From an uncultured Gammaproteobacteria bacterium (lineage in GTDB: Bacteria > Patescibacteriota > Patescibacteriia > Magasanikbacterales > GWA2-37-8), in contig CAZINT010000001.1 of assembly GCA_964540825.1 (NCBI GenBank), forward strand, positions 69,315-133,314: a stretch of 64,000 nucleotides of DNA, written 5' to 3'. The position numbers and the translations under genes were made by a program. The notes beneath the pieces are model-generated. The model saw only the letters and a program-made list of their open reading frames with translations, had not been told where the DNA came from and ran no database searches. This document shows, piece after piece, positions 37,882 to 48,755 of this stretch (the stretch's first letter is position 1; each line of letters opens with the position of its first letter).

Positions 37882-39048
37882 ATGAACGTAAAGTTACTCA
37901 AAGATGGTGCAAAAATATCCCGGCGACGAGTGCTTTTGAGGGTTGATTTTAATGTTCCTTTAAAAAATGGAAAAGTAGTGGATGATTTTAAGATTGCTCA
38001 GACACTGCCAACAATTGAATATCTGCTTAAACATAAAGCGGAGATATTTATTGTCAGTCATTTAGGTAGGCCCGAGCGTGCAATAGCAGCTTTAAGCCTA
38101 AAACCCGTGTGCGACCATTTAGCTAAAATGCTGAAGACAAAAATTGTCTTTACAACATTAGAAAAATTAGAAAAAAATAAAAAAACCGCTACGCCGATTA
38201 CTTTTTTAGAAAATATTCGATTTTATAAAGAAGAAGAAAAAAATACCCCAGCCTTCGCCCAACGTCTCGCTGCTTTGGCTGATGTGTTTGTACTCGATGG
38301 TTTCGGTGTAAGCCATCGCGCTGCCGCATCAGTCGTTGGCGTAGCTCGTTATCTGCCCACCTATGCTGGACTGCTGTTAGCGGCTGAAATTAGCGGGCTC
38401 GACCATGTTTTACGCAAACCAAAAAAGCCGTTTGTAGTCGTGCTTGGTGGGGCAAAAATGGAAACTAAAATTCCTGTCCTCAAAAAATTACTACCACTAG
38501 CGGATCACATATTGGTTGGTGGCGGTTTAGCTAATACCTATTACGCATCGCAAGGCTGTAAAGTCGGGAAGTCTTTGGTGGAAAAAAAATTTATTGCTGA
38601 AATGCGGCAATTAGGTAAAAAGAAAAAAATAATTTTCCCCATCGATGCAGTGTATGGAACACAGAGAGGTAAAAAAATTGGGGTTATGTCAGTCGTTCCC
38701 AAATCTAGATTACCCGATCAAGCGCTTGGAATTTATGATATTGGGCCAAAAACAATTCAGCTATTCGCCAAGTATATACGCAATGCCGAAACAATTGTGT
38801 GGAACGGTGCGCTCGGCTTTTTTGAATGCAGCCCCTATAATTTTGGTACGTACGCTCTAGCGGGGGCCATTGCTGCCCGGGCAAAGGGTAGAGCATTTGG
38901 AGTTGTCGGCGGCGGCGAAACAGTTGAAGTTGTTGCGAAGCTCGGCTTGCTTAAGCAAATTGACTTGGTTTCAACCGGCGGGGGAGCAATGCTTGAATTT
39001 CTCAGTGGAGTAAAGTTGCCGGGTGTTGCAGTAGTAACAAAAAAATAA
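37882..39048 (+). CDS. pgk: phosphoglycerate kinase
   Basis: RVDFNVP N-terminal motif. Hinge and C-terminal GGGA motifs. Confidence 0.9.
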   Translation: MNVKLLKDGAKISRRRVLLRVDFNVPLKNGKVVDDFKIAQTLPTIEYLLKHKAEIFIVSHLGRPERAIAALSLKPVCDHLAKMLKTKIVFTTLEKLEKNKKTATPITFLENIRFYKEEEKNTPAFAQRLAALADVFVLDGFGVSHRAAASVVGVARYLPTYAGLLLAAEISGLDHVLRKPKKPFVVVLGGAKMETKIPVLKKLLPLADHILVGGGLANTYYASQGCKVGKSLVEKKFIAEMRQLGKKKKIIFPIDAVYGTQRGKKIGVMSVVPKSRLPDQALGIYDIGPKTIQLFAKYIRNAETIVWNGALGFFECSPYNFGTYALAGAIAARAKGRAFGVVGGGETVEVVAKLGLLKQIDLVSTGGGAMLEFLSGVKLPGVAVVTKK

Positions 39049-39113
39049 AAGCACTATATTTAATTAACCTAAGCAGTCTCTCTGACGAGGATTGTTTATT
39101 AAGGAGTAAAAGT

Positions 39114-40016
39114 ATGCCAACGAATAGTCGACCAATGATGTCCGAGCCGCCGCGACGCGCTCCCACATCTCCTCTGGCCCCGCCACCAGGAGACATAGAT
39201 CCGAAAAATGGTCACCACCACGATCCGTGGTATAACCGCGGTAGTTTTTTTAGAAAATTCATGAGTGCACTGGTGGGTGTGCTTCTCGTATACGTTATTT
39301 TTTACGTTGGCACGCTGATCCGTAACAATATTAAAAAATATGATTCTATCGGTCAGGCTGACCGCATGGAGCGTACTATTACCATCAATGGCTATGGCAA
39401 AGTAACGGGCAATAATGACATTGCAGTTACTTCGATTGGATACTCCAATACCGACAAAGATGTTTCGGTTGCGCAGGCCGCCAACAAAAAAACCATGGAT
39501 AGTATCACGACTGAATTGACCCGTATGGGAATTGATCCAAAAGATCTGCAAACTGACTACACAATCTATCCTGATTATAATTATACGCAGGATAAGGGCC
39601 AGGAACTCAAAGGATATCGCGTCGCAAGCAACATCACGATCAAAATTCGTGATTTAAGTAAGATTCCAACTATTCTTTCCTTAGCCGGGAAGTACGGCGC
39701 TACTCAGGTTAGCGGCCTTAATTTTACGATTGACGACACTGAAAATCTGAAAACACAAGCTCGCGATAAAGCTTTAGCAAATGCTCATCAGAAAGCTGCG
39801 GATTTGGCAGCTGCACTCGGGGTCCGTATGGTAAGTGTCTTATCATATAGTGAGTATGAGGGTAATAACGGTTACGATATGTATAGTAAGTCTGCTGCAT
39901 ATCCAATGGGCGCCGGTGTATCAGCCGAGGCCTATGCGCCACAAGTAGCTTCTGGCAGCAAAGATGTCGAAATGAATGTTGCCATCACCTACGAAATTCA
40001 ACCCCTCAAAAAATAG
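39114..40016 (+). CDS. SIMPL/DUF541 domain protein with a Pro-rich N-terminal region and a TM anchor
   Basis: AAGGAG RBS. ITINGYGKVTG...DKALANAHQKAADLAAALG matches the SIMPL family. Confidence 0.7.
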   Translation: MPTNSRPMMSEPPRRAPTSPLAPPPGDIDPKNGHHHDPWYNRGSFFRKFMSALVGVLLVYVIFYVGTLIRNNIKKYDSIGQADRMERTITINGYGKVTGNNDIAVTSIGYSNTDKDVSVAQAANKKTMDSITTELTRMGIDPKDLQTDYTIYPDYNYTQDKGQELKGYRVASNITIKIRDLSKIPTILSLAGKYGATQVSGLNFTIDDTENLKTQARDKALANAHQKAADLAAALGVRMVSVLSYSEYEGNNGYDMYSKSAAYPMGAGVSAEAYAPQVASGSKDVEMNVAITYEIQPLKK

Positions 40017-40030
40017 TAATTTCAAGTTTA

Positions 40031-40062
40031 AAAGAGCCCTTATAGCAGGGCTCTTTTATTTT
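40031..40062 (+). terminator. intrinsic terminator
   Basis: AAAAGAGCCCTTATAGCAGGGCTCTTTTATTTTT. Confidence 0.8.
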
Positions 40063-40147
40063 TAGCTGCCGACGGCTGGTACTATCTTCGTGGCTGATTT
40101 GGCGCTACTGTGGTATACTATTTTTTGAACCTTAATCTTTTTTGTGT

Positions 40148-41395
40148 ATGAAAATCAAGTCTATCAGTGCACGGGAGGTGCTGGACTCGCGAGGCAATCC
40201 GACAGTCGAAGGTAAAGTGGTGTTAGAAAATGGTTTAGTTGCCACCGCTAAAGTTCCTTCGGGCGCTTCAACCGGCACCCATGAAGCGCTCGAGCTTCGT
40301 GATGGCGGTAAACGCTACGGTGGTAAAGGCGTGCTTAAGGCAGTACGAAATGTTAACGCCCTTATCGCTAAAGCTTTGGTAGGTAAAGACGTAGAACAGC
40401 TCGCCCTTCTTGACCGCACCATGATTGAACTTGATGGAACAAAAAATAAAGCTCGTTTAGGCGCGAATGCTATTTTAGCCGTGTCGCTGGCCGCAGCACG
40501 CGTCGGAGCTTTAGCAATGAATCTGCCGCTGTATCAGTATATTCGCTATATCTATAAAATTCCGGAAAAAGGCTATCGTTTGCCGGTTGCTACTATGAAT
40601 ATTTTAAACGGCGGCAGACATGCTGATAATGGACTTTCCATTCAGGAGTTTATGATTATCCCCAAGGCCCCCCTCATGCGCGAACGGGTGCGTATGGGTT
40701 CGCAGATTTTTCATTCGCTGGCCAATTTATTGGGACAAAAAGGATATGTTACGAGTGTGGGGGATGAAGGTGGGTTTGCACCCGAACTCCTTAATAATGA
40801 ACGGGGTCTTCAGTTAATTGTCGAAGCAATTAAGTCAGCTGGTTGGACACCAGGAAAACATGTGTTTTTAGGATTAGACTTAGCTTCGTCTGAATTTTAT
40901 CACAATGGTAAATATTATTTTATTAACAAAAAACAAGGGTGGCGCGGTGAAAAAATGATTGAAGTTTTGGAAGGCTGGGTCAAGAAATATCCGCTCGTTT
41001 CGCTGGAAGACGCTCTTAGCGAAGACGATTGGACTAATTGGCAACTCCTTACCAAATCACTCGGCCGAAAAGTAAGTTTGATTGGGGACGACTTGTTCGT
41101 TACTAACCCCGAGCGCCTTACCAAAGGTATAGAACAAAAAGTCGCCAATGGTATTTTAATTAAAGTAAATCAGATTGGCACGCTTACCGAAACGATTGAA
41201 ACGATTTTACTCGCCAAAAAACATGGCTATCGCATCAGTGTTTCGCACCGGAGCGGTGAAACTTCTGATACTTTCATTGCCGACCTCAGCGTTGCGGTCA
41301 ATGCGGACTTTATCAAAACCGGTTCTATGTCACGTTCAGAGCGCGTGGAGAAATATAACCGCTTGATGGAAATTGAAGTAGAGTTGGGTTTATAG
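40148..41395 (+). CDS. eno: enolase
   Basis: [14 protein letters not shown]-terminal motif. TGTGGTATACT extended -10 upstream (~40118-40128). Confidence 0.95.
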   Translation: MKIKSISAREVLDSRGNPTVEGKVVLENGLVATAKVPSGASTGTHEALELRDGGKRYGGKGVLKAVRNVNALIAKALVGKDVEQLALLDRTMIELDGTKNKARLGANAILAVSLAAARVGALAMNLPLYQYIRYIYKIPEKGYRLPVATMNILNGGRHADNGLSIQEFMIIPKAPLMRERVRMGSQIFHSLANLLGQKGYVTSVGDEGGFAPELLNNERGLQLIVEAIKSAGWTPGKHVFLGLDLASSEFYHNGKYYFINKKQGWRGEKMIEVLEGWVKKYPLVSLEDALSEDDWTNWQLLTKSLGRKVSLIGDDLFVTNPERLTKGIEQKVANGILIKVNQIGTLTETIETILLAKKHGYRISVSHRSGETSDTFIADLSVAVNADFIKTGSMSRSERVEKYNRLMEIEVELGL

Positions 41396-41420
41396 TTTTT
41401 TGCAGTAATTAAGGAGTACC

Positions 41421-43001
41421 ATGAAAAAGAATTCAACAACATTGCTTTTGATTCTTGATGGTTTTGGTTTGCCAGGGCCCAAGGATACAAACACTGTGGT
41501 GAATGCCAAAAACACGCCGCACTTTTTTAAGTGGCTTAAAAAATTTCCAAATACCGCACTTGAAGCGAGCGGTGCTGCTGTGGGCCTTTTTAAAGGCCAG
41601 GAAGGTAATAGCGAGGCCGGGCATCTGAATTTGGGTGCGGGGCGTATTGTTAAACAAGATGCGCTCTATATTACGGATGCTATTAACGACGGAACATTTT
41701 TTAAGAATAATGCCTTTCATGAAGCAATTCACCATGTCAAAAAATATCGGACCAGCGCTCATATCATGGGGCTGCTCTCCAATCACAATAGTGCTCATTC
41801 GAGCCCTGAACATTTGTATGCGCTGTTAGAACTTTTACATCGTGAAGGGGTCAAAAAAGTCTATCTCCATTTATTTACCGATGGCCGTGACTCCGGACAG
41901 CATGATGCGATGCATCACCTCAAAAAATTGGAACAGCAGCTCTATGGCAACCAAAAAGTTGCTACGCTTATGGGGCGACTGTATGGCATGGATCGCAATA
42001 AGATTTGGAAGCGTACCAAAGCTGCCTACGAAGCAATTGTGCTGGGTGAAGCCCTTCATCACGCTGCTTCTGCAGAAGAAGCGCTGGCCCAAGGGTACAA
42101 CCGTTCTGAAACTGATGAGTTTATTTTTCCGACGGTAATTACTGATATCGAAGGAGATCCGGTAGCCAAAATTAAGGATAACGACGTGATGTTTTTCTTT
42201 AATTTACGCAGCGACCGAGCACGCCAACTTACTAAAGCTCTCGTGCAGCCCGATTTTGAAAAGATGAATCCGGGAGCGTTTCATCGGCGTGGTTTTCCAA
42301 AACATACCCGTTTTGTCGCTATGACGGATTTTGGTCCAGACTTACCGGGGGTGTTAACTGCTTTTCCGAGCCGGGATATTAAAAATGGCTTAGTTGAGAC
42401 GCTTCGTTCATTAAAGCAACTGTATATTGCCGAGTCAGAAAAATTTGCCCATATTACCTATTTTTTAAATGGTGGGTATCCTAAGCCGTTTGGTGACGAA
42501 ACCTGGGCAAAGGTTGCCTCGGATGGGGTTTTAAGCTATGATAGTAGGCCTAAGATGCAGGCACGTAAGATAGCCGATCAGGTGATTAAGGCTATTCAGG
42601 CCGGTACGTACGACTTTATTGCAGTTAACCTGGCAAATGCCGACATGGTTGGCCATACCGGGGATCTTAAAGCGGCTCTCGTTGCCGTTCAAACGCTTGA
42701 TCAGGAATTAAACCGCATGATTACCACACTTTTAGCGGCAGGAGGGCAGGGTCTGCTTACTGCTGATCATGGTAATATAGAGGAGTTGATAAACCTTAAA
42801 ACCGGCGAAAAAGATACGGAGCATTCAATTAATCCTGTCCCGTGTGTGCTTTTTGCTTCGGCTGCTCAGCTCAGAGACTGGAAGATAGCTGGTAAACGCC
42901 TTAAATCGCGCGGAGCAAAATTGGCAAACGTTGCTCCGACGCTGCTCAAAATGCTTAAAATCTCCAAACCCAAAGAAATGACCGCCACCTCCTTATTTTA
43001 G
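41421..43001 (+). CDS. gpmI: 2,3-bisphosphoglycerate-independent phosphoglycerate mutase, paralog 1
   Basis: LILDGFG...GNSEAGHLNLGAGR metalloenzyme motifs. AAGGAG RBS. Confidence 0.85.
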   Translation: MKKNSTTLLLILDGFGLPGPKDTNTVVNAKNTPHFFKWLKKFPNTALEASGAAVGLFKGQEGNSEAGHLNLGAGRIVKQDALYITDAINDGTFFKNNAFHEAIHHVKKYRTSAHIMGLLSNHNSAHSSPEHLYALLELLHREGVKKVYLHLFTDGRDSGQHDAMHHLKKLEQQLYGNQKVATLMGRLYGMDRNKIWKRTKAAYEAIVLGEALHHAASAEEALAQGYNRSETDEFIFPTVITDIEGDPVAKIKDNDVMFFFNLRSDRARQLTKALVQPDFEKMNPGAFHRRGFPKHTRFVAMTDFGPDLPGVLTAFPSRDIKNGLVETLRSLKQLYIAESEKFAHITYFLNGGYPKPFGDETWAKVASDGVLSYDSRPKMQARKIADQVIKAIQAGTYDFIAVNLANADMVGHTGDLKAALVAVQTLDQELNRMITTLLAAGGQGLLTADHGNIEELINLKTGEKDTEHSINPVPCVLFASAAQLRDWKIAGKRLKSRGAKLANVAPTLLKMLKISKPKEMTATSLF

Positions 43002-43014
43002 TTTTCTGTAGCGT

Positions 43015-44592
43015 ATGAAATATAAGCCGGTTGTACTCGCCATTTTCGATGGTTGGGGTGTTGCTCCAGATAGCGAAGGTAATGCAATAACCCGATCAAG
43101 AACGCCCAATTTTTTGTCGTACGTTAAAAATTATCCAGTGATGACGCTCTACGCATCAGGAAATGAAGTCGGCATTAACCCGGGCGAGATGGGTAATTCA
43201 GAAGTGGGCCACCTCAATATTGGAGCTGGGCGTGTGTACTACCAATCGTGTCCACGTATTAATCAGTCAATTTCAAGTCAGGATTTTTATACCAATCGTG
43301 CTTTTACTGGGGCAGCAGAACATGTGCGTACCCACAAATCAAAATTACACATTATCGGTCTGGTCGGGTCGGGAAATGTGCACGCGAGCAGTGAACATTT
43401 GATTGCGCTCCTACAGTTTTGTAAACAGCAAGGTCTTGGCAAAGAAGTGTTCGTGCATGCAATTTTGGATGGCCGTGATGCGGTTTATAATTCCGGGCAA
43501 GTGTTCGTGAAGGAACTAGAAAAAAAGATGGGTGAACTTAAGGTTGGTAAAATTGCTACAATTTCCGGTCGCTATTACGCGATGGATCGTGATAATCGCT
43601 GGGACAGAATTGAAAAAGCTTACGCTGCTATGGCTGAAGGGCGCTCTGAACAATCCGCTGCATCAGCAGCTGAGGCTATTGCAGCATCATATGACCAGAA
43701 AAAGTTTGACGAAGAGCTGATGCCAACAGTTATTACAAAAAATGGCGCTCCACTCGCGACAGTCGGCGAAGGAGACGCTGTTATCTTTTTTAATTTTAGA
43801 CCGGATCGTGCACGCGAATTAACGCACGCCTTTGTTTTGCCTGGTTTTGAAAAATTCAAACGTGAGTATATAAAAGATTTGTATTTTGTCACCATGACTG
43901 AATACGAAAAAGATTTGCCCGTCGTAGTTGCCTATCCGCCAATTATTGTTACGAATTGTCTGGCGGAAGTGATCAGTAAAGCGGGCCTCAAGCAGCTCCA
44001 TGTCGCTGAGACCGAGAAATATGCCCACATCACTTTCTTCTTGAACGGTACTGTAGAAAATCCGTTTCCAGGCGAAGACAGAGCGCTTGTTCCGTCGCCG
44101 CAAGTCGGCAGCTATGCCGAAGCCCCAGAAATGTCAGTTAAGGGTGTGGTTAAAGAAGTGATTAAGGGTATTGATAGCGGTACCTATGATTTTATAGCGC
44201 TCAATTTTGCAAATCCGGATATGGTTGGCCACACCGGTAGCCTTGAGGCAACCATCGCTGCCTGTGAGGCTGCTGACAGTGCGCTTCGCGAGGTGGTTGA
44301 ACATACTTTGGCTAAAGGCGGCGTTGTTGTCATGACCGCAGATCATGGTAATGCCGAGGGAGTTATTAATTTACAAACCGGTGAAATTGATAAAGAACAC
44401 TCAACGAGTCCGGTACCGCTTTTGATTATTGGTAAAGATTTTCAAGGTCAAGCCGGCCCGGCAGGGGACCCACCTGACGAAGACCTGAGCCTTCTGTCGC
44501 CGGTCGGTATGCTCGCGGATGTTGCGCCCACAGTTCTTAAATTAATGGGGCTTGAGCAGCCGCCCGAAATGACCGGAACGCCGCTCGTATAA
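43015..44592 (+). CDS. gpmI: 2,3-bisphosphoglycerate-independent phosphoglycerate mutase, paralog 2
   Basis: AIFDGWG...GNSEVGHLNIGAGR. Same architecture as the adjacent paralog. Confidence 0.85.
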   Translation: MKYKPVVLAIFDGWGVAPDSEGNAITRSRTPNFLSYVKNYPVMTLYASGNEVGINPGEMGNSEVGHLNIGAGRVYYQSCPRINQSISSQDFYTNRAFTGAAEHVRTHKSKLHIIGLVGSGNVHASSEHLIALLQFCKQQGLGKEVFVHAILDGRDAVYNSGQVFVKELEKKMGELKVGKIATISGRYYAMDRDNRWDRIEKAYAAMAEGRSEQSAASAAEAIAASYDQKKFDEELMPTVITKNGAPLATVGEGDAVIFFNFRPDRARELTHAFVLPGFEKFKREYIKDLYFVTMTEYEKDLPVVVAYPPIIVTNCLAEVISKAGLKQLHVAETEKYAHITFFLNGTVENPFPGEDRALVPSPQVGSYAEAPEMSVKGVVKEVIKGIDSGTYDFIALNFANPDMVGHTGSLEATIAACEAADSALREVVEHTLAKGGVVVMTADHGNAEGVINLQTGEIDKEHSTSPVPLLIIGKDFQGQAGPAGDPPDEDLSLLSPVGMLADVAPTVLKLMGLEQPPEMTGTPLV

Positions 44593-44593
44593 A

Positions 44594-44628
44594 AATACCT
44601 CGTCCAATTTGGACGAGGTATTTTTTAT
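44594..44628. terminator. bidirectional intrinsic terminator
   Basis: AAAAATACCTCGTCCAATTTGGACGAGGTATTTTTT. Confidence 0.8.
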
Positions 44629-44638
44629 GTAAATATAT

Positions 44639-45793
44639 TTATATTTTTGCTTCTAAGCTTTGCGCCAGCAGCCGCAGGGCATATGCTTCACTTTCTTGTA
44701 GATTTTTTCCTTCAATAACAAAGGTGGCTTGTTTCTTGTCTCCTGTGGCACGCAGTTCTTTGCCAAGCTGTAATGCGCTATGATGACGTTCGCTTGAAAT
44801 AAGTCCATAGACTTTGCCGGCGGCTGCTTCACCAGGGAGTTCGTAGAGAAGAACAATAATCTTAGCTTCGGGTGAATTGCTGATTAGATCATCCACGACG
44901 CCTTTAAGATCCTGTGCTTCAGCGCCGGAATGAATAAAATCTTCGCGCGTAATCATGGTAGATACAATGCCGAGTGCCGGGTCGCTCTTAAGGTGTGTGA
45001 GAGCCTGGCCCCAGAGCTTGAGTGTTGCGAGCGAGCGGGTGCGGTACAAATTTTGAATAATAGTTTCGCGTTCGCCTCCAAGTTTAATAAGACTGCTCGC
45101 CACATTCAGTGCTTGTGGAGTAACGTTCGCAGTTTTAAAACTCTTGGTCGCGGCAATCATGCCGGTCAAAAGCGCAGTCGCAATTTCTTTGCCAATAGCC
45201 GATTCGTCAACTTGGCGCAGAAGCTGGTAGACAATTTCAGAAGTAGAAGTGGCTGTTAAATCAACGGCATTGATTTGACCGTAGCGTTCGTTATTGCCAT
45301 GGTAGTCGATATTTACGACCGGCGTCCGGTAAAACAAGTCGGTGTTGTTCAGGAAGATACCGCCGAGGGATTCGAGGTCGGGAGTGTTAAGGGTGATGAT
45401 CAAATCAAATTTGAAACTGGACTGAGCAGTACGAAGTTCGTTTTTGGTAATAAGTCCCTGTTCTGGCGTAAGGTAAATAGAGAGCCAATTATCTTTAATA
45501 TCATAACTGATGGTTTCGAGTTTTACCTTGGAAACATCAACCTTGATAATAAATTTTTGTAAGTGGCTGAGTTCATTTTTAATTTTGGCAGCGCCAGGGA
45601 GAAAGTGGAATTGTTTAGGGGTAGTAAAACCTTCAGCCGCAAGCTCGACTTGCTTATTGGTTTGTTCCAAAAAAAGCTTTAGGGCAACAGCTGCGCCGAT
45701 CGAATCCGCAGTTTCGGTACCATTAAAAACCACCAAGACATACTTGCTGTTTTCAAGAAGTGTTTTGAGTTGTGCCGGTTCGTTAAGGGCCAT
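44639..45793 (-). CDS. DHH-family phosphoesterase (NrnA-like) with degenerate catalytic motifs
   Basis: DHH/DHHA1-like layout, but motif III reads DYH and the motif I His/Asp residues are not evident. Confidence 0.5.
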   Translation of the reverse strand: MALNEPAQLKTLLENSKYVLVVFNGTETADSIGAAVALKLFLEQTNKQVELAAEGFTTPKQFHFLPGAAKIKNELSHLQKFIIKVDVSKVKLETISYDIKDNWLSIYLTPEQGLITKNELRTAQSSFKFDLIITLNTPDLESLGGIFLNNTDLFYRTPVVNIDYHGNNERYGQINAVDLTATSTSEIVYQLLRQVDESAIGKEIATALLTGMIAATKSFKTANVTPQALNVASSLIKLGGERETIIQNLYRTRSLATLKLWGQALTHLKSDPALGIVSTMITREDFIHSGAEAQDLKGVVDDLISNSPEAKIIVLLYELPGEAAAGKVYGLISSERHHSALQLGKELRATGDKKQATFVIEGKNLQESEAYALRLLAQSLEAKI

Positions 45794-45965
45794 AAAATCA
45801 AGTGTACCAAGAACGCGTGATTCTAGCAGGTATTAAGGCGTCTGTCAAATTTGCTACCCCCGGCAAGGCAGTAAGGGTGTAATGCTCTAAAAAGAGCTGT
45901 AGCAAGGCCAAAACCTCTTGCGTTTTTAAGGGTTTTTTAGTACGATAGACAGGTATTTTACCCCT

Positions 45966-48752
45966 ATGAAAGAACTGCCTAAAGCCTACGAACCAGCTAC
46001 GTACGAAGACGGTATCTATAACGCCTGGGAACAGAGCGATTTTTTTAATCCCGATACCTGTCTCAAAGCGAAAATTACCCATGAAGATGATAAGTCTTTT
46101 TCGATTGCTTTGCCGCCGCCAAATGTGACAGGGACTTTGCATATGGGCCACGCCGCTATGCTCGCGATTGAGGATGTTTTGGTGCGTTACCACCGTATGA
46201 AAGGGGATCGAACGCTGTGGGTGCCGGGGACTGACCACGCCGCTGTTGCGACTGAATCAAAAGTAGAAAGTTTGCTTATCAAAAATGAAGGTTTTAAAAA
46301 ACCAAAAACAGAACTTGGCCGTGATGCCTTCCTGGATCGAGTTAAAGAATTTGCTCAGGCAAGTCACGATACGATTGTTAACCAATCAAAAAAAATGGGT
46401 GCATCGCTCGATTGGAGCCGTGAAGCCTATACGTTTGATGAAACCCGCAACAAAGCCGTCCGCATGGTGTTTAAAAAAATGTATGACGACGGTCTTATTT
46501 ATCGCGGCTACCGCGTCGTGAACTGGTCGGTGAAAGGCCAATCAACCTGTAGCGATGATGAGCTTGAATACGTCGAGCGCCCGGCAAAACTCTACTTTTT
46601 TAAATACTCTGAAGAGTTTCCAATTACTATTGCTACCTCTAGACCCGAGACAAAGTTGGGTGATACGGCTGTTGCCGTTAATCCGCACGACAAGCGATAT
46701 AAACAGTATATTGGTAAAGAGTATAAAGTTAATTTTTTGGGGCAACCCTTAAGTATTAAAATTGTAGCAGACGACGGTGTTAATCCCGATTTTGGTACTG
46801 GTGCGCTTGGAGTCACACCTGCTCATTCCATGGTTGATTATGAAATTGCGAATAAAAATGGATTAAAAATGATTCGAGTCATTAGTGAAACAGGGCTTGT
46901 CGATATTCATGATCCTGAAAATATTCATAGAGAAAATGATTTTTATATTGATTCGGCGGTTTGGGAATTGGCAGCAGAGGCAAAGAGGAAGTTTAATGGT
47001 CTTACGGTTACCGACGCACGCAAGGCTATAGTTGAAGAACTTAATAAAAAAGGTTTAATTGAAAAAGAAGAAGATATTGTTCAGAACGTCAGCACCTCCG
47101 ATCGCTTCAAAGATATTGTGGAACCGCTCCCCAAAGTGCAGTGGTTTGTTGACGTTAATAAAAAATTTGTTTTGCCACATTCAAATATTATTGGCGTAAA
47201 AGATGGCCAGGAAGTAACCTTAAAAGAATTGATGCAGCAGGTAGTAACGAACAAACAAATTCAAATTCTTCCCGAGCGTTTTGAAAAAACCTATTTCCAT
47301 TGGATCAATAACTTGCGCGACTGGTGTATCAGCCGTCAGATTTGGTTTGGGCACCAGGTGCCGGTGTGGTATAGGGGCGAAGAAATGTACTGTGGAGTAG
47401 AAGCTCCCGAAGGTGAAGGTTGGCAGCAAGATTCCGATACGCTCGACACCTGGTTTTCTTCTGGTCTCTGGACGTTTTCAACATTGCTTAATAAAGATTT
47501 TGAAAAGTATTCTTCACTCGAAGACTGGCTTGCCAATTCTCCGGACTTCAAAAATTTTCACCCAACCAGCGTACTTGAAACAGGCTATGATATCTTGTTC
47601 TTTTGGGTGGCGCGCATGATTCTCATGACCACGTACACGCTTGGAACTATTCCGTTTAAGACGGTGTACCTGCATGGCCTCGTTCGTGATGAACAGGGGA
47701 GAAAGATGAGTAAGACGCTCGGGAATATTATCGATCCCCTCGACATGATCGCGAAGTATGGTACCGATGCGACTCGTTTGTCGCTTCTTATTGGGACCGC
47801 GCCCGGGAACGATTTAAAGTTGTCGGAAGAGAAAATTGCTGGCTTCAGGAATTTTGCGAATAAACTGTGGAATATTAGCCGGTTCATGTTATTAAAAATT
47901 GATACTCCAAAAGCAGATTGTTTACTTCCTGATTCAACTGGTTTAACACTGGCTGATAAGGCACTTTTATACCGACTTAATAAAATTATAATTGATACAG
48001 CAAAAAACCTCGAAGCTTTTAATATTTCTTACGCAGGGGAGCAATTAAGAGATTTTACTTGGCGTTATCTTGCTGATAGATATTTAGAGGAAGCGAAAAG
48101 TGAAGGAGAAAAATCTCAGATATTTAATTTTGTTTTGAATGTAGTGCTTAAACTTTGGCATCCATTCATGCCCTTTGTTACCGAAACTATTTGGAAAGAA
48201 ATGTACGGCGAGACTGAATATTTGATGGTTGCTAAGTGGCCACAAAATTTTGGTGAGGAAGATTTGTACTATGAAGAGCAGGGAAAGTTTCAAAATATAG
48301 TTCAAGACACATACATCTTTATCAGATCGTTCAGAAGTGAAAATCGGATTGAACCAGCTAAGAAATTAAATGGGCAGTTTGTCTCTGGTAGTCTTGATCA
48401 AGATCTTAAAAATAGTCTTCAAATAATTATCGATCAGGCTCGATTAGATTCGGTTAACTTTGTAACCAAGGAAGAAATTAATGCTAGTTTTAAGTTAGTG
48501 CCCTTAACAATTAATACTGAATTTTATCTTGACGTTGGGAGTGCAATGGATGTTGAAAAAGAAAAAGTCCGTCTCGAAAAAGACCTTGCCGAAGCCGAAA
48601 AATACGTTACCGTTCTCCAAAATAAATTAGCTAACCAGGATTTTGTTGCTCGCGCCCCGGAAGCGGTTATTGCTGGCGAACGAGCTAAGCTCGCAGCAGC
48701 CGAAGAGAAGGTATCCAAAACACGGGCTACTCTCGAGTCGTTATTGAAGTAA
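45966..48752 (+). CDS. valS: valine--tRNA ligase
   Basis: PPPNVTGTLHMGHA (HIGH) and KMSKTLGN (KMSKS) motifs. C-terminal coiled coil. Confidence 0.9.
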   Translation: MKELPKAYEPATYEDGIYNAWEQSDFFNPDTCLKAKITHEDDKSFSIALPPPNVTGTLHMGHAAMLAIEDVLVRYHRMKGDRTLWVPGTDHAAVATESKVESLLIKNEGFKKPKTELGRDAFLDRVKEFAQASHDTIVNQSKKMGASLDWSREAYTFDETRNKAVRMVFKKMYDDGLIYRGYRVVNWSVKGQSTCSDDELEYVERPAKLYFFKYSEEFPITIATSRPETKLGDTAVAVNPHDKRYKQYIGKEYKVNFLGQPLSIKIVADDGVNPDFGTGALGVTPAHSMVDYEIANKNGLKMIRVISETGLVDIHDPENIHRENDFYIDSAVWELAAEAKRKFNGLTVTDARKAIVEELNKKGLIEKEEDIVQNVSTSDRFKDIVEPLPKVQWFVDVNKKFVLPHSNIIGVKDGQEVTLKELMQQVVTNKQIQILPERFEKTYFHWINNLRDWCISRQIWFGHQVPVWYRGEEMYCGVEAPEGEGWQQDSDTLDTWFSSGLWTFSTLLNKDFEKYSSLEDWLANSPDFKNFHPTSVLETGYDILFFWVARMILMTTYTLGTIPFKTVYLHGLVRDEQGRKMSKTLGNIIDPLDMIAKYGTDATRLSLLIGTAPGNDLKLSEEKIAGFRNFANKLWNISRFMLLKIDTPKADCLLPDSTGLTLADKALLYRLNKIIIDTAKNLEAFNISYAGEQLRDFTWRYLADRYLEEAKSEGEKSQIFNFVLNVVLKLWHPFMPFVTETIWKEMYGETEYLMVAKWPQNFGEEDLYYEEQGKFQNIVQDTYIFIRSFRSENRIEPAKKLNGQFVSGSLDQDLKNSLQIIIDQARLDSVNFVTKEEINASFKLVPLTINTEFYLDVGSAMDVEKEKVRLEKDLAEAEKYVTVLQNKLANQDFVARAPEAVIAGERAKLAAAEEKVSKTRATLESLLK

Positions 48753-48755
48753 TAT

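Noticed and set aside
45794-45965. T-box riboswitch upstream of valS
   Set aside because: The intergenic region is only ~170 nt and lacks the conserved T-box sequence (AATTAGGGTGGNACCGCG) and the specifier-loop architecture. Only two small hairpins are present.
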